DNA from: Escherichia coli
Lineage (GTDB): Bacteria > Pseudomonadota > Gammaproteobacteria > Enterobacterales > Enterobacteriaceae
Assembly (NCBI RefSeq): GCF_051559755.1
Contig: NZ_CP196247.1
Direction: 5' to 3' (one strand)
DNA: 24,000 nt
Shown: positions 1-9,774 of the stretch, one piece after another
Layout: every line of letters begins with the position of its first letter
How positions within the stretch are numbered: the first letter of the stretch is position 1
Notes under the pieces: generated by a model
The model's input: the letters and a program-made list of their open reading frames with translations, nothing else
Databases searched by the model: none
Told to the model about the DNA's origin: nothing
Program-made: the position numbers and the translations under genes

Positions 1-2
1 AA

Positions 3-194
3 CTGAAAGTTGAGCATGGTACAAATATCATATCTGGGGACAGTATTGAGCTAATTTGTGGGCAGGGAGAGAGCGGGACTTGTTCCATAAAACTGGAGAA
101 AACAGGAAAGATAATAATACGGGGGACGGAGTTTCTATTTGAGGCTACCGGTCCTGTAGATATTAAAGGAAAAGATATTCATCTGAACGGATAG
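3..194 (+). CDS. C-terminal end of a VgrG/DUF2345-like T6SS spike protein (partial, 5' end outside window)
   Basis: Frame open from window edge: LKVEHGTNIISGDSIELICGQGESGTCSIKLEKTGKIIIRGTEFLFEATGPVDIKGKDIHLNG*. Repeated beta-strand 'G..I.I.G' pattern and a terminal 'GPVDIKGKDIHLN', typical of VgrG C-termini, followed by DUF2169 and PAAR-like genes. Confidence 0.75.
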   Translation: MKVEHGTNIISGDSIELICGQGESGTCSIKLEKTGKIIIRGTEFLFEATGPVDIKGKDIHLNG

Positions 195-300
195 TGCAGG
201 ATATAAAACATGGTGATTGTATTTGCTTTATACGCCTGTGAATCACCATTTGTGATTGTTTAAATTAATCATAGCATGACTTATTCAGGAATCAATAAGC

Positions 301-1347
301 ATGATAGAAATGAAAAATAACACGCCATTTCCTTTGTTGTCATTTGAAAAATATGGTCGTTATGGTCTTTTGTTTGATGTTATTGCTATTAAAATGTCAT
401 TGCGAATTAAAAATGGATTTTATGCTGATCTTGCTGAGTTTCAAAAAGAATTGTCCATGTCTGATGAATACTATGGGGAGTCTGAAACAAGTAGTCTAAA
501 ATCTGAAACAGACTTAGTTCTTTGTAAAAGAAATACAGATATTCACGTGACAGGTAGTGCTCATGCCCCTTCAGGGGATAAGTCTCAGTGGAAGGCTTGT
601 GTGAGGGTTAATAGTTTTTCTAAAGAACTGAGTTTATCTGGTGTCCGCTACTTACAATATGAGCGAAATCGTTGGCAGATGAGCTTACCAGATAAAATTA
701 TTAATGTTCCTCTACGCTATGAGCTTGCTTACGGTGGTATTTGGCAACCAGATGGTATGGAGAAATTGGTTTTTTCAGCAAACCCTGTAGGTTGTGGATA
801 TTATCCTGATATTTCTCAACTTAATACAAGTTGTCAATATAAACTCCCACAAATAACCAGCTCTGCTTTGTCAGAAAACGCTACCATTTTTAATGGGGAA
901 TCTGACTTTTTTCAAGGTGTTGGCCCTGTATCTCGATGGTGGAAAAGTCGCCTCCAGTATGCAGGAACCTACAATGAAGTATGGCGTGAAAAGCGCTATC
1001 CCTATTTGCCGGATGATTTTGATGAGCGGTTCTACAATAGTGCTCATCCGGATATGATATACACGGGGTTTCTCTCTGGCGATGAAAACATCTCTCTTGA
1101 AGGTTTTTTTAAATTTGAACAGGTTGTTAAGACAAAATTGCCAGGTATACGACCTGTACTTATATTAAAAACCAAGCATAATACATCACATATGTTCTTA
1201 CCTGTTGCGGATACAATGGTTATCGATTTAAGTCGACAGGAAATATACCTTACCTGGAGATTAACAATACCTGATTTTTTTGGAATGAAAGAAGGAGTGC
1301 TGAGTTGTATTATTCCTGAATGTATAGGGAAAAAATATTATGGGTAA
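301..1347 (+). CDS. DUF2169-family T6SS accessory/adaptor protein
   Basis: 348-aa ORF with DUF2169-like features (NxTPFxxxxFEKYGRYG, DVIAIKMSL, PLRYELAYGGIW, NPVGCGY). Overlaps the downstream PAAR-like effector gene by 8 nt. An alternative start is the Met at 313. Confidence 0.8.
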   Translation: MIEMKNNTPFPLLSFEKYGRYGLLFDVIAIKMSLRIKNGFYADLAEFQKELSMSDEYYGESETSSLKSETDLVLCKRNTDIHVTGSAHAPSGDKSQWKACVRVNSFSKELSLSGVRYLQYERNRWQMSLPDKIINVPLRYELAYGGIWQPDGMEKLVFSANPVGCGYYPDISQLNTSCQYKLPQITSSALSENATIFNGESDFFQGVGPVSRWWKSRLQYAGTYNEVWREKRYPYLPDDFDERFYNSAHPDMIYTGFLSGDENISLEGFFKFEQVVKTKLPGIRPVLILKTKHNTSHMFLPVADTMVIDLSRQEIYLTWRLTIPDFFGMKEGVLSCIIPECIGKKYYG

Positions 1348-2779
1348 CTATCATATCGGGGATGGTGAATGTAGATTTAGAGTCGTGTGTTCTTCACCAG
1401 ATGTATGTGAAGTAGGAGGTTACAAGGTTCCTTTTGACAGTTACCAGACTTTAGATAGTGAAAGACAGTACAGTTCAACGGTATGGGCGCGTGGATGCAG
1501 AGCTTTAAATGTTGGTTCAGTGATTGCTGGAACTCAAAGTAATGCCGGTAAAGGTGTCATATCCGGTACATCTCAAGGAACGGGTGACTGTGTTATTTTA
1601 ACGGGAAGTCCGACTGTAACAATAGAAGGGAAACCTGTTGCTTATCATGGTTCAGTTGTTGGGATTAATAACCACAACTGCCTTGGTAAATTGTATACCA
1701 AAATAAAATCACCAATGATTTCTGTCATTGATAGAACTTTTAATTATGAAAGGACTGCTGAAGTAATACACGATTTACTGCTTCTGAAGGATCTCCTCTC
1801 TGTTGGTAATATTTTTGACGGAGATATTTCACCTGAGGTTAAAAATGATTTATTTCAAATAAAAGATCCTGACCAATCATGGGGGGAGTTTTTTTCAATA
1901 AAGAATATCAGAGAATCTCTCAGGAATGGTATTGAAGGAGATAAATCTCAGATCAGAGAATGGTTTGGAGAGAACACACTTACTCAAATGGGGAATGGAG
2001 CAATCACCACTTTACATGGTGTGGCGGATTTAGCCTTAGTTACATTCGATGCTCTGTTAGATACGGCAACGGCAACGGTTGCTTGCCCGATAGGCGAAGA
2101 TGGGTTATGTGAACAGGCAAATATAAATTTAAATGAAAAAGAACAGGCTTTATTTAATATTAGTAATTCATTGATAAATGGGCAAGCATGGGATGCACTT
2201 AAAAAAATGATAATGGATACAAATAATGGTGATCAGATTGCTCTGGTGCATTTTGCCAGCTTTTTATGGGGCTTTATGATACCCGCAAAAATACCAGAAG
2301 AAAATATCTCTGGGAAAGTATTTGTAGAGCCAGTAGTTTTAGAAGGTGGTGCTGGTGGCAATTGGACAGTATTTGATGAGGTTTTAGATTCAAATGTAAT
2401 AAAGCAATTGACTTTAACAGGCTGTGGAGCGGCCTGTGGGGAAATGTTGCTTAGGGATAGGTATATTTTTGTCACGCAAAATGTAATTGGAACAGAATTA
2501 ACATCTATGACGTCGCTGGCAAACAAGCTTAATAAATTTGATGTCGGCTGGGAAGGGAATGCAGTGAGCGAATCTAGTTTATATGCCCTCAGTAATACTG
2601 GTTCATGGGGAGCAATGATGTGGGATTCTGGAAGTAAAGTAGGGCATTGGGTACTTGTTAAGGGTGTTGATGATGCTGGGAATGTGATAATATATGATCC
2701 ATATCAAGGGAGTCGATATCTGATGACTGAACAGGAATTTAAGGAGGTATGGAATGGGCATAGTGTTTACAAACCATAA
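1340..2779 (+). CDS. T6SS effector: N-terminal DUF4150/PAAR-like domain with C-terminal C39/papain-like cysteine-peptidase domain
   Basis: 479 aa. N-terminus has PAAR-like features (SYQTLDSERQYSSTVWARGCRALNVGSVIAGTQSNAGKGVISGTSQGTGDCVILTGSPTVTIEGKPVAYHGS). C-terminus has 'TGCGAACGEMLL' (C362), 'GHWVLVKG' (H436) and 'IYDPYQG' (D453), the Cys-His-Asp order and spacing expected of C39-like peptidase folds. Confidence 0.75.
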   Translation: MGNYHIGDGECRFRVVCSSPDVCEVGGYKVPFDSYQTLDSERQYSSTVWARGCRALNVGSVIAGTQSNAGKGVISGTSQGTGDCVILTGSPTVTIEGKPVAYHGSVVGINNHNCLGKLYTKIKSPMISVIDRTFNYERTAEVIHDLLLLKDLLSVGNIFDGDISPEVKNDLFQIKDPDQSWGEFFSIKNIRESLRNGIEGDKSQIREWFGENTLTQMGNGAITTLHGVADLALVTFDALLDTATATVACPIGEDGLCEQANINLNEKEQALFNISNSLINGQAWDALKKMIMDTNNGDQIALVHFASFLWGFMIPAKIPEENISGKVFVEPVVLEGGAGGNWTVFDEVLDSNVIKQLTLTGCGAACGEMLLRDRYIFVTQNVIGTELTSMTSLANKLNKFDVGWEGNAVSESSLYALSNTGSWGAMMWDSGSKVGHWVLVKGVDDAGNVIIYDPYQGSRYLMTEQEFKEVWNGHSVYKP

Positions 2780-3044
2780 TATTGATTTGTTATCGGTTGA
2801 ATTTGATGAGATTACAAAAAATTGTAATTACACTTTTAGTGTAGATGGAGAGACGGCTATCTTTACTGCTAGAATATCAATAATAAGAAATATAAAGGGA
2901 ATTAAATATAGCGAAGAACTTGATAAATTTATAATGTCAATAATGCCATTGCAGCCTAAAGTATCAAAAATTTTGGGAGGTGTTACTTGGGATTGTATTT
3001 GTGGTAAGGAAGTTGGATTTCCTGTGAGATTAATTGGTAAGTGA
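2754..3044 (+). CDS. Candidate cognate immunity protein (unknown family, 96 aa)
   Basis: Small ORF overlapping the effector 3' end by 26 nt on the same strand, the usual effector-immunity arrangement. No recognised domain. The start codon is uncertain. Confidence 0.45.
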   Translation: MGIVFTNHNIDLLSVEFDEITKNCNYTFSVDGETAIFTARISIIRNIKGIKYSEELDKFIMSIMPLQPKVSKILGGVTWDCICGKEVGFPVRLIGK

Positions 3045-3301
3045 AGGGTGGTGAGGTATTTCTATATTTTTTTCGTGAAAGTCTTTAAAACTGAAATTAT
3101 CTTGTTGGGAGCCCAAGGTGAGATCATAAAACGTATTATTTTATAAATATTGTTATGCAGGGAAAGGTCAAGTAATGCTGCTTTTTTGTACTAAATAATT
3201 CGCATTTTATGTTCAATAATTGAGGTGTTCCTTATTACCTAAAGCTGTTTTTCATTGCTTATACATGATCAAATACTCATTGCCTAATTAAGGGGGACAA
3301 A

Positions 3302-4122
3302 ATGGAACTTAAAAAATTGATGGAACATATTTCTATTATTCCCGATTACAGGCAAGCCTGGAAAGTGGAACATAAATTGCCAGATATTCTATCTGTTAAC
3401 TATTTGCGCCGTTATTTCTGGTGCATAATGCTGGGAAGATATAGAGGATTTGGGGAAACACATCTCGATTTTTTGAAGTGATATGGTGATTTTGAAAATG
3501 GTATTCCTGTTCACGATATCATTGCCAGAGTTGTATCCTGTATCAGTCCTGCAAAATTTCATGAGTGCTTTATTAACTGGATGCGTGACTGCCATTCCTC
3601 AGATGATAAAGATGTCATTGCAATTGATGGAAAAACGCTTCGGCACTCTTATGACAAGAGTCGCCGCAAGGGAGCGATTTATGTCATTAAAATCCGTCTT
3701 CATATTATTTGCGATGTCCCTGATGAACTTATTGATTTCACGTTTGAATGGAAAGAGCTGAAGAAATTATGCATGGCAGTCTCCTTTCGTTCAATAATAA
3801 CAGAACAAAAGAAAGAGCCAGAAATGACGGACAGATATTATAGCATTTCTGCTGATTTAACCGCAGAGAAGTTCGCCACAGCGAACCGAAATCACTGGTA
3901 CGTGGAGAATAAGCTGCACTGGCATCTGGACGTGGTAATGAATAAAGACGACTGCAAAATAAGAAGAGGAAATGCAGCAGAATTATTTTCAGGGATACGG
4001 AAGATCGCTATTAATATTTTAACGAAAGATAAGATACTCAAGGCAGGGGCAAGATGTAAGATGTGAAAAGCAGCTGCGGACAGAGACTACCTCGCGTCAG
4101 TCCTTGCGGGGGCGGGCTTTCG
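3302..4122 (+). pseudogene. Degenerate H-repeat-associated (ISAs1-family) transposase remnant
   Basis: [31 protein letters not shown]... stops/shifts near 3480, then continues as [64 protein letters not shown], then jumps directly to [26 protein letters not shown]...[42 protein letters not shown]. The central region is missing. A UGA at 4064-4066 interrupts the tail, which reads on as KAAADRDYLASVLAGAGFR. Confidence 0.85.
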
Positions 4123-4294
4123 TATTCTTGCTCTGCAAGGGATGATAAAAAGTGCAACTTTATTCCACGCAGCTATTTAGACAGCGTACAGTAAACAAAC
4201 GAAAGTTGTTATTTCAATGGTCAGGGCAAGAGCATGAAGTGTTTACTACACACTATGCTCTTGTCCTGGAGTCAGGTCTTGTTTGGAGGGATAA

Positions 4295-4798
4295 ATGGTA
4301 GATATTGTCGAGGCCGATAAAACGGATATTTATTTCATTCAGGAGAGTGTTTATGGCAAAATCGGGTTGCCAGCTTTTGGTAATACAATAGGACCATCCG
4401 CACAGCAAGTTGTTAAAAAGGTATTCGCTGTCGTTAAAGAACGAGATAAGACACATGCAAAACAGAGATTATTGTTGGAATATAATGGTAACAAACTCTG
4501 GATGAATGCTATTGATGGCAGTGAAGCTATCCTACCAACAGAATTTTCTAAGCGATACGAACTTTCATTATTCAATACTACTAATTTTGGAGAAGATCCT
4601 TTTCCTGATGTTAATTTATATAATAATATGAAATCAAGTTTTTTTGTAAGGTTTGGTGGAACATCCCATCCCGAGGCTTGGGCTATTTATAATGCAAGTA
4701 CGAAAGAGGTTAAATATATAGAAACTGCAAGAGAAATTGATAAAATATTCAGTGATTTTAACTTGAGTGGTACATTGCCAATTCACATTGGTCAATGA
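4295..4798 (+). CDS. Orphan 167-aa hypothetical protein (possible immunity protein or T6SS-associated cargo)
   Basis: ORF with a clear Shine-Dalgarno (tttggagggataaATG). AT-rich and without a recognised family. Its start overlaps the end of an upstream open frame (4149-4303). Confidence 0.55.
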   Translation: MVDIVEADKTDIYFIQESVYGKIGLPAFGNTIGPSAQQVVKKVFAVVKERDKTHAKQRLLLEYNGNKLWMNAIDGSEAILPTEFSKRYELSLFNTTNFGEDPFPDVNLYNNMKSSFFVRFGGTSHPEAWAIYNASTKEVKYIETAREIDKIFSDFNLSGTLPIHIGQ

Positions 4799-4867
4799 TT
4801 TTTTAAATTGTGTGATTAAATAATTGAACATTAATGATGATTTATAGCATCATTATTATTCTATAAC

Positions 4868-5380
4868 ATGAATAAACGGATTGAATGTGTTATGTTAAAA
4901 ATGAGTTTATACGTAATAATATTGTTATTTTCCCTTCAGTTTAGTGCAGCCATTACTGGCAAGGAAAGTGAGGTTGTTTCACCATTATTAATGGATGTTA
5001 ATCCTTCACTAACAATGGAAAATATTTCTGAATTATCCACATCATCGGAACCATCGCAACAGGGGGTATTTCCTGTAATATGTACTCGACTTCATCCTGG
5101 CTCCGTAATGAAACGTCAGTTATTAACCGGCTGGGGGCCTGTTTTTATAATTGGTGATGATCCTTTTTCTCTGCGCTGGATGAGTGAACATCTGGAGATC
5201 CTTAAATCGCTAAATGCCCTTGGTTTGGTTGTTAATGTTGAATCAGTAGAACGAATGGAGGTATTACAGCAGCGGGCTGATGGGTTATTGTTATTGCCAG
5301 TTATCTGCGATAATTTTGTGCAAGCTCTGCAATTAAATGCTTATCCGGTATTAATCACAGAGATGGAAATATCACAATGA
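4868..5380 (+). CDS. Integrating conjugative element protein, PFL_4695-like family (TIGR03765-like)
   Basis: Putative signal/TM segment (MLKMSLYVIILLFSLQFSAA), then 'FPVICTRLHPGSV...PVFIIGDDPFSLRWMSEHLEILKSLNALGLVVNVESVERMEVLQQRA...LQLNAYPVLITEMEISQ', matching the recalled family pattern (GDDxxSLxWLxxHxxxLxxLxAxGLVVNVE...YPVLIT). Confidence 0.7.
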   Translation: MNKRIECVMLKMSLYVIILLFSLQFSAAITGKESEVVSPLLMDVNPSLTMENISELSTSSEPSQQGVFPVICTRLHPGSVMKRQLLTGWGPVFIIGDDPFSLRWMSEHLEILKSLNALGLVVNVESVERMEVLQQRADGLLLLPVICDNFVQALQLNAYPVLITEMEISQ

Positions 5381-5403
5381 TTAATAACATAATTACTGCT
5401 AAT

Positions 5404-5630
5404 AATATGGTGATTTTGAAAATGGTAATCCTGTTCACGACACCATAATCAGAGTTATGTCCTGTATCCGTTCAGTAAAATTTCACGAATGCTTTATTAA
5501 CCGGATGCGTGAATGTCATTCTTCAGACGACATAGACGTCATTGCGATTGATGGAAAAGCACTTCCACACTCCTGTGATAAAAGTCGTCGCAGGAGAGCG
5601 GGCTTTCGTAGTCTTCCCCGACTCTCCCCG
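5404..5630 (+). pseudogene. Second H-repeat (ISAs1-family) transposase fragment
   Basis: Translation across frames gives [64 protein letters not shown], close to the remnant at 3302-4122. Confidence 0.8.
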
Positions 5631-5650
5631 GCCCTAAACACAACCCCCAC

Positions 5651-6421
5651 TCACCACAACCTAAACTCATCCGCATCCCGCCATGCCGGAAACTTTTCTC
5701 TATATTCCCGCAATGCCATCATCGACAGCTCCGCATCAATGCGCGTTGCCTGATGCGCGTCGGCAGTAGCGATAATCTCGCCTTGCGGATTAATCACCCG
5801 GCTGTCACCGCGATAATGGCAGCCGTTGCCATCGCTGCCGACGCGATTGCATCCCGCCACATACGCTTGATTCTCAATCGCGCGGGCTGTCAGCAATGCC
5901 TGCCAGTGCAGAGAGCGCGGAGCAGGCCAGTTGGCGACGTACAGGGCGAGGTCATAATCGTTGAGATTGCGCGACCACACCGGAAAACGTAAGTCGTAGC
6001 ACACCAGCGGCAAAATACGCCAGCCGCGCCATTCCACAATCACTCGCGCATTGCCCGCTTTATAATGTAGATGCTCATCTGCCATGCGGAACAGATGACG
6101 CTTATCATAAAAATGTACCGTGCCGCCCGGCTCAACCAGCAAAAAGCGGTTAACCGAACCAGACTCCGTTTGTAATGCAACACTGCCTGCAATCAGCGCA
6201 TTGCACTGCTGCGCTTTAGCGGTCATCCAGTTCACTACGTCATCTTGTGCTAGCGACGAAGCTGCCGCTTCCATGGCAAAGCCGCTGGTAAACATCTCCG
6301 GTAGAACGATCACATCGCGCCCGGTAATACCTTCCAGTTGACGATCAAAATGGCGCAGGTTGGCAGGACCATCCATCCACACCAGTGGTTGCTGCAAAAG
6401 CGTAATCTTCAAACCAGGCAC
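5651..6421 (-). CDS. yafV: Nitrilase-family omega-amidase
   Basis: Protein (V/M)[51 protein letters not shown]... with nitrilase motif '[15 protein letters not shown]'. The listed ORF starts at a TTG (6430) abutting the SD; the GTG at 6421 is better spaced from aaaggag. Confidence 0.93.
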   Translation of the reverse strand: MPGLKITLLQQPLVWMDGPANLRHFDRQLEGITGRDVIVLPEMFTSGFAMEAAASSLAQDDVVNWMTAKAQQCNALIAGSVALQTESGSVNRFLLVEPGGTVHFYDKRHLFRMADEHLHYKAGNARVIVEWRGWRILPLVCYDLRFPVWSRNLNDYDLALYVANWPAPRSLHWQALLTARAIENQAYVAGCNRVGSDGNGCHYRGDSRVINPQGEIIATADAHQATRIDAELSMMALREYREKFPAWRDADEFRLW

Positions 6422-6574
6422 GGTGTACAACTCCTTTATGCGAAGGGTTTTATAACTCTAACACCTTATCAGGCAGTTGCCTTAGCGCAGAATAAATTGA
6501 TAACAAATGCTGATATTGGAAATATCTGATTTGCAAATTATCGTGTTATCGCCAGGCTTTAGGGAGTTAATCAC

Positions 6575-7048
6575 ATGGGCAGGATAAGCCCGGGAGGAAT
6601 GATGTTTAAGGCAATAACGACAGTCGCCGCTCTGGTCATCGCCACCAGTGCAATGGCGCAGGATGATTTAACCATTAGCAGTCTTGCAAAGGGCGAAACC
6701 ACCAAAGCGGCGTTTAATCAGATGGTGCAAGGGCATAAGCTGCCTGCCTGGGTGATGAAAGGCGGTACTTATACTCCCGCACAAACCGTGACTTTGGGAG
6801 ATGAGACGTATCAGGTGATGAGCGCGTGCAAACCGCATGACTGTGGCTCGCAACGTATCGCTGTGATGTGGTCCGAGAAATCTAATCAGATGACGGGGCT
6901 GTTCTCGACTATTGATGAGAAAACGTCGCAAGAGAAACTCACCTGGTTGAATGTGAACGATGCGCTTTCGATTGATGGCAAAACGGTGCTGTTCGCGGCG
7001 TTGACCGGCAGCCTGGAAAACCATCCGGATGGCTTTAATTTTAAATAA
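6575..7048 (+). CDS. ivy: Inhibitor of vertebrate C-type lysozyme, periplasmic
   Basis: MMFKAITTVAALVIATSAMAQDDLTISSLAKGETTKAAFNQMVQGHKLPAW...SACKPHDCGSQRIAVMW; CKPHDC loop characteristic of Ivy. Confidence 0.97.
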   Translation: MGRISPGGMMFKAITTVAALVIATSAMAQDDLTISSLAKGETTKAAFNQMVQGHKLPAWVMKGGTYTPAQTVTLGDETYQVMSACKPHDCGSQRIAVMWSEKSNQMTGLFSTIDEKTSQEKLTWLNVNDALSIDGKTVLFAALTGSLENHPDGFNFK

Positions 7049-7059
7049 TTAGCCGATAA

Positions 7060-7087
7060 AAAAACGGAGCCGAAAGGCTCCGTTATT
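7060..7087 (-). terminator. Intrinsic terminator at the convergent fadE/ivy ends
   Basis: acggagcc-gaaa-ggctccgt hairpin (7064-7083). On the minus strand it is followed by a T-run, so it is strong for fadE. It may also serve ivy. Confidence 0.8.
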
Positions 7088-7090
7088 CAA

Positions 7091-9535
7091 TTACGCGGCT
7101 TCAACTTTCCGCACTTTCTCCGGCAACTTTACCGGCTTCGTCGCCAGCTCTTCTGGATCAAAGTCATCAACGTTAATACTGCGTAAACGGCTTTCTTCAG
7201 CTTTTACCAGAATAGCGGCTTCATCTTTATCAATCAGCCCCTTCGCCAGCGCGTTGTGCGCCAGTTCATCCAGACGGGTAAACGGCAGGTTTTTACCCAA
7301 CTCTTTACAGATCCGCTGATGAATCGGGTCGGCGGCAATCACATCCACCAGCGCCTCTTCCAGTAAACCAACCGGGTTATGCTCGCTTGGCGTCAGGTAC
7401 TGACCGCGACCAATACGTGAACGAGTGGCGTTCGGTACTTGTAAAATCTTCGCCACTTTATGATCCAGCTTGTCAGACGGTGCCAGGTAATGACGTCCGG
7501 TCGGGAAGATCACCACATTCAGCAGCCCGGCAACCACACGGTTCGGGAAGTTTTGCAGTAAATCGTCCATCGCCTGTTCTGCCTGATACAGCGCATCCTG
7601 TACGCCCCAGTGCACCAGCGGCAGATCGGCTTCATTACGGCCTTCGTCGTCATAACGCTTCAGAACGGCAGAGGCGAGGTAAAGCTGGCTTAAAATATCC
7701 CCCAGACGGGCCGAGATACGCTCACGACGTTTCAGGCTGCCGCCCAGCACCGCCATCGAGACATCAGAAAGCAGGGCGAGGTTGGCGCTCAGGCGGTTCA
7801 GGTGCTGATAGTAGCGTTTAGTGGCATCGCCGGTTGGTGTGCTGCTGGTTAAACCGCGCGTCAGGCCCAGCCAGAAGCTGCGAACTTTGTTGCTACCGAC
7901 GTGACCGATATGTTTGAACAGCAGTTTATCGAACGCATTTACGTCATTGTTCTTCGCCGCTTCCATCTCTTCCAGCACGTACGGATGGCAACGAATTGCT
8001 CCTTGTCCGAAGATCATCATGCTGCGGGTCAGAATGTTAGCCCCTTCAACGGTGATGGCAATCGGTGCGCCCTGGTAAGCACGGGCCAGGAAGTTGCTTT
8101 GCCCGAGCATAATGCCTTTGCCCCCGGTGATATCCATCGCATCAATAATCGACTGCTGCCCGCGGTGGGTACAGTGATACTTAACGATAGCCGACAGCAC
8201 GGCAGGTTTTTCACCGAGCATAATGCCGTAGGTAATCAGCGATGCCGCAGCATCCATTACATAAGCGTTCCCGGCAATACGCGCCAGCGGCTCTTCAATC
8301 CCTTCCATCTTACCGATAGAGATTTTGAACTGCCGACGAATGTACGCATACGCGCCCGTTGCCAGCGCTACCGATTTCACGCCGCCGGTTGAGTTGGAAG
8401 GCAGGGTGATGCCGCGGCCTACCGAGAGGCACTCCACCAGCATCCGCCAGCCTTGCCCGGCCATTTTCGGCCCGCCGATGATGTAATCGATCGGCACGAA
8501 CACATCTTTACCGCGCGTCGGTCCGTTCTGGAACGGTACGTTCAGCGGGAAGTGGCGACGACCAATTTCCACGCCCGGCGTGGTGGTCGGGATCAGCGCA
8601 CAGGTAATACCTAAATCTTCTGCACCGCCGAGTAATTTCTCCGGGTCGGAGAGTTTAAACGCCAGACCAAGCACGGTCGCAATCGGTGCCAGCGTAATGT
8701 AGCGTTTGTTCCAGGTCAGACGCATCCCCATCACCTGCTGGCCCTGCCATTCGCCCATGCAGACAATCCCGGTATCCGGAATCGCGCCCGCATCGGAACC
8801 CGCTTCCGGGCTGGTCAGTGCAAAGCAAGGGATCTCCTGACCACGCGCCAGACGCGGCAGATAGTGATTTTTCTGCTCGTCAGTGCCGTAATGTTGCAGC
8901 AGCTCGCCCGGGCCTAATGAGTTCGGCACGCCGACGGTAATCGCCAGGATCCCGCTCACGCCGGAGAGTTTTTGCAGCACGCGAGACTGGGCATAAGCCG
9001 AGAACTCCAGCCCGCCGTACTCTTTTTTGATGATCATCGCGAAGAAACGATGCTCTTTAAGGTACGCCCATAACTCCGGCGGCAGGTCCGCCAGCTCATG
9101 AGTAATCTGGAAATCATTCGCCATCCGGCAGGCTTCTTCTACCGGGCCGTCGAGAAACGCTTGCTCTTCTGCGGTCAGGCGCGGCTGCGGATAGTTATGC
9201 AGCTTTTTCCAGTCCGGCTTGCCCTGGAACAAGTCGCCCTCCCACCAGGTGGTGCCCGCATCAATCGCTTCTTTCTCAGTGCGCGACATCGGCGGCATTA
9301 CCTTACGGAAACCGCGAAATACCGGCGCGGAAATCATCGACTTACGCATAGGCGCAAAGTTAAATGGCACGAGGATAATGGCCAGAGGCACCAGTACCCA
9401 CGCCGACCACAGACCAGCAACGCCGAGTGCGGCTGTCCAGGCGAGCAAAATCAGACTGCTGATAAATAAGCTCACGCGGTGATAGAACAATGCGCTGAGC
9501 AGGACAACCGTAGCGAGAATACTCAAAATCATCAT
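7091..9535 (-). CDS. fadE: Acyl-CoA dehydrogenase FadE
   Basis: [46 protein letters not shown]..., 814 aa from the internal ATG. The 840-aa listed ORF has a 5' extension that runs through the promoter region. Confidence 0.97.
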   Translation of the reverse strand: MMILSILATVVLLSALFYHRVSLFISSLILLAWTAALGVAGLWSAWVLVPLAIILVPFNFAPMRKSMISAPVFRGFRKVMPPMSRTEKEAIDAGTTWWEGDLFQGKPDWKKLHNYPQPRLTAEEQAFLDGPVEEACRMANDFQITHELADLPPELWAYLKEHRFFAMIIKKEYGGLEFSAYAQSRVLQKLSGVSGILAITVGVPNSLGPGELLQHYGTDEQKNHYLPRLARGQEIPCFALTSPEAGSDAGAIPDTGIVCMGEWQGQQVMGMRLTWNKRYITLAPIATVLGLAFKLSDPEKLLGGAEDLGITCALIPTTTPGVEIGRRHFPLNVPFQNGPTRGKDVFVPIDYIIGGPKMAGQGWRMLVECLSVGRGITLPSNSTGGVKSVALATGAYAYIRRQFKISIGKMEGIEEPLARIAGNAYVMDAAASLITYGIMLGEKPAVLSAIVKYHCTHRGQQSIIDAMDITGGKGIMLGQSNFLARAYQGAPIAITVEGANILTRSMMIFGQGAIRCHPYVLEEMEAAKNNDVNAFDKLLFKHIGHVGSNKVRSFWLGLTRGLTSSTPTGDATKRYYQHLNRLSANLALLSDVSMAVLGGSLKRRERISARLGDILSQLYLASAVLKRYDDEGRNEADLPLVHWGVQDALYQAEQAMDDLLQNFPNRVVAGLLNVVIFPTGRHYLAPSDKLDHKVAKILQVPNATRSRIGRGQYLTPSEHNPVGLLEEALVDVIAADPIHQRICKELGKNLPFTRLDELAHNALAKGLIDKDEAAILVKAEESRLRSINVDDFDPEELATKPVKLPEKVRKVEAA

Positions 9536-9556
9536 AACGAAAAGCCCCTTACTTGT

Positions 9557-9573
9557 AGGAGGTCTGACCACTT
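9557..9573. promoter_or_regulatory. Candidate FadR operator upstream of fadE
   Basis: GGAGGTCTGACCACTTG contains the GGTCNGACC core of the FadR consensus, about 22 bp upstream of the fadE start codon. Confidence 0.6.
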
Positions 9574-9774
9574 GTGATGATATGGTTGTAGTGGATGTAA
9601 AAACATTTAGCAATGTGTTTACAATATAATTACAACAAAGCTCACATTGTTGCTGTTTTTATCCGCACTTCAGGTCAAAAAGTCCTGGTCATAGCACCTG
9701 CCCGTACTTCTCGCTTTTGGTGGTATCCGGTACACTGCATTTTGTCTATTACTTTTATGCTGAAGGATATCCTC

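Noticed and set aside
3389-4066. Separate small ORFs (68, 92, 161 aa) near the accessory island as new genes
   Set aside because: They are fragments or shadows of one decayed H-repeat transposase.
7387-8392. Plus-strand ORFs (144 and 163 aa) inside fadE
   Set aside because: Antisense shadow ORFs of a well-conserved high-GC gene, with no RBS and no family similarity.
9613-9774. 54-codon N-terminal extension of gmhA in the ORF track
   Set aside because: The extension covers the upstream intergenic/promoter DNA; the known product starts at [10 protein letters not shown] (9775) after an SD-like aaggat.
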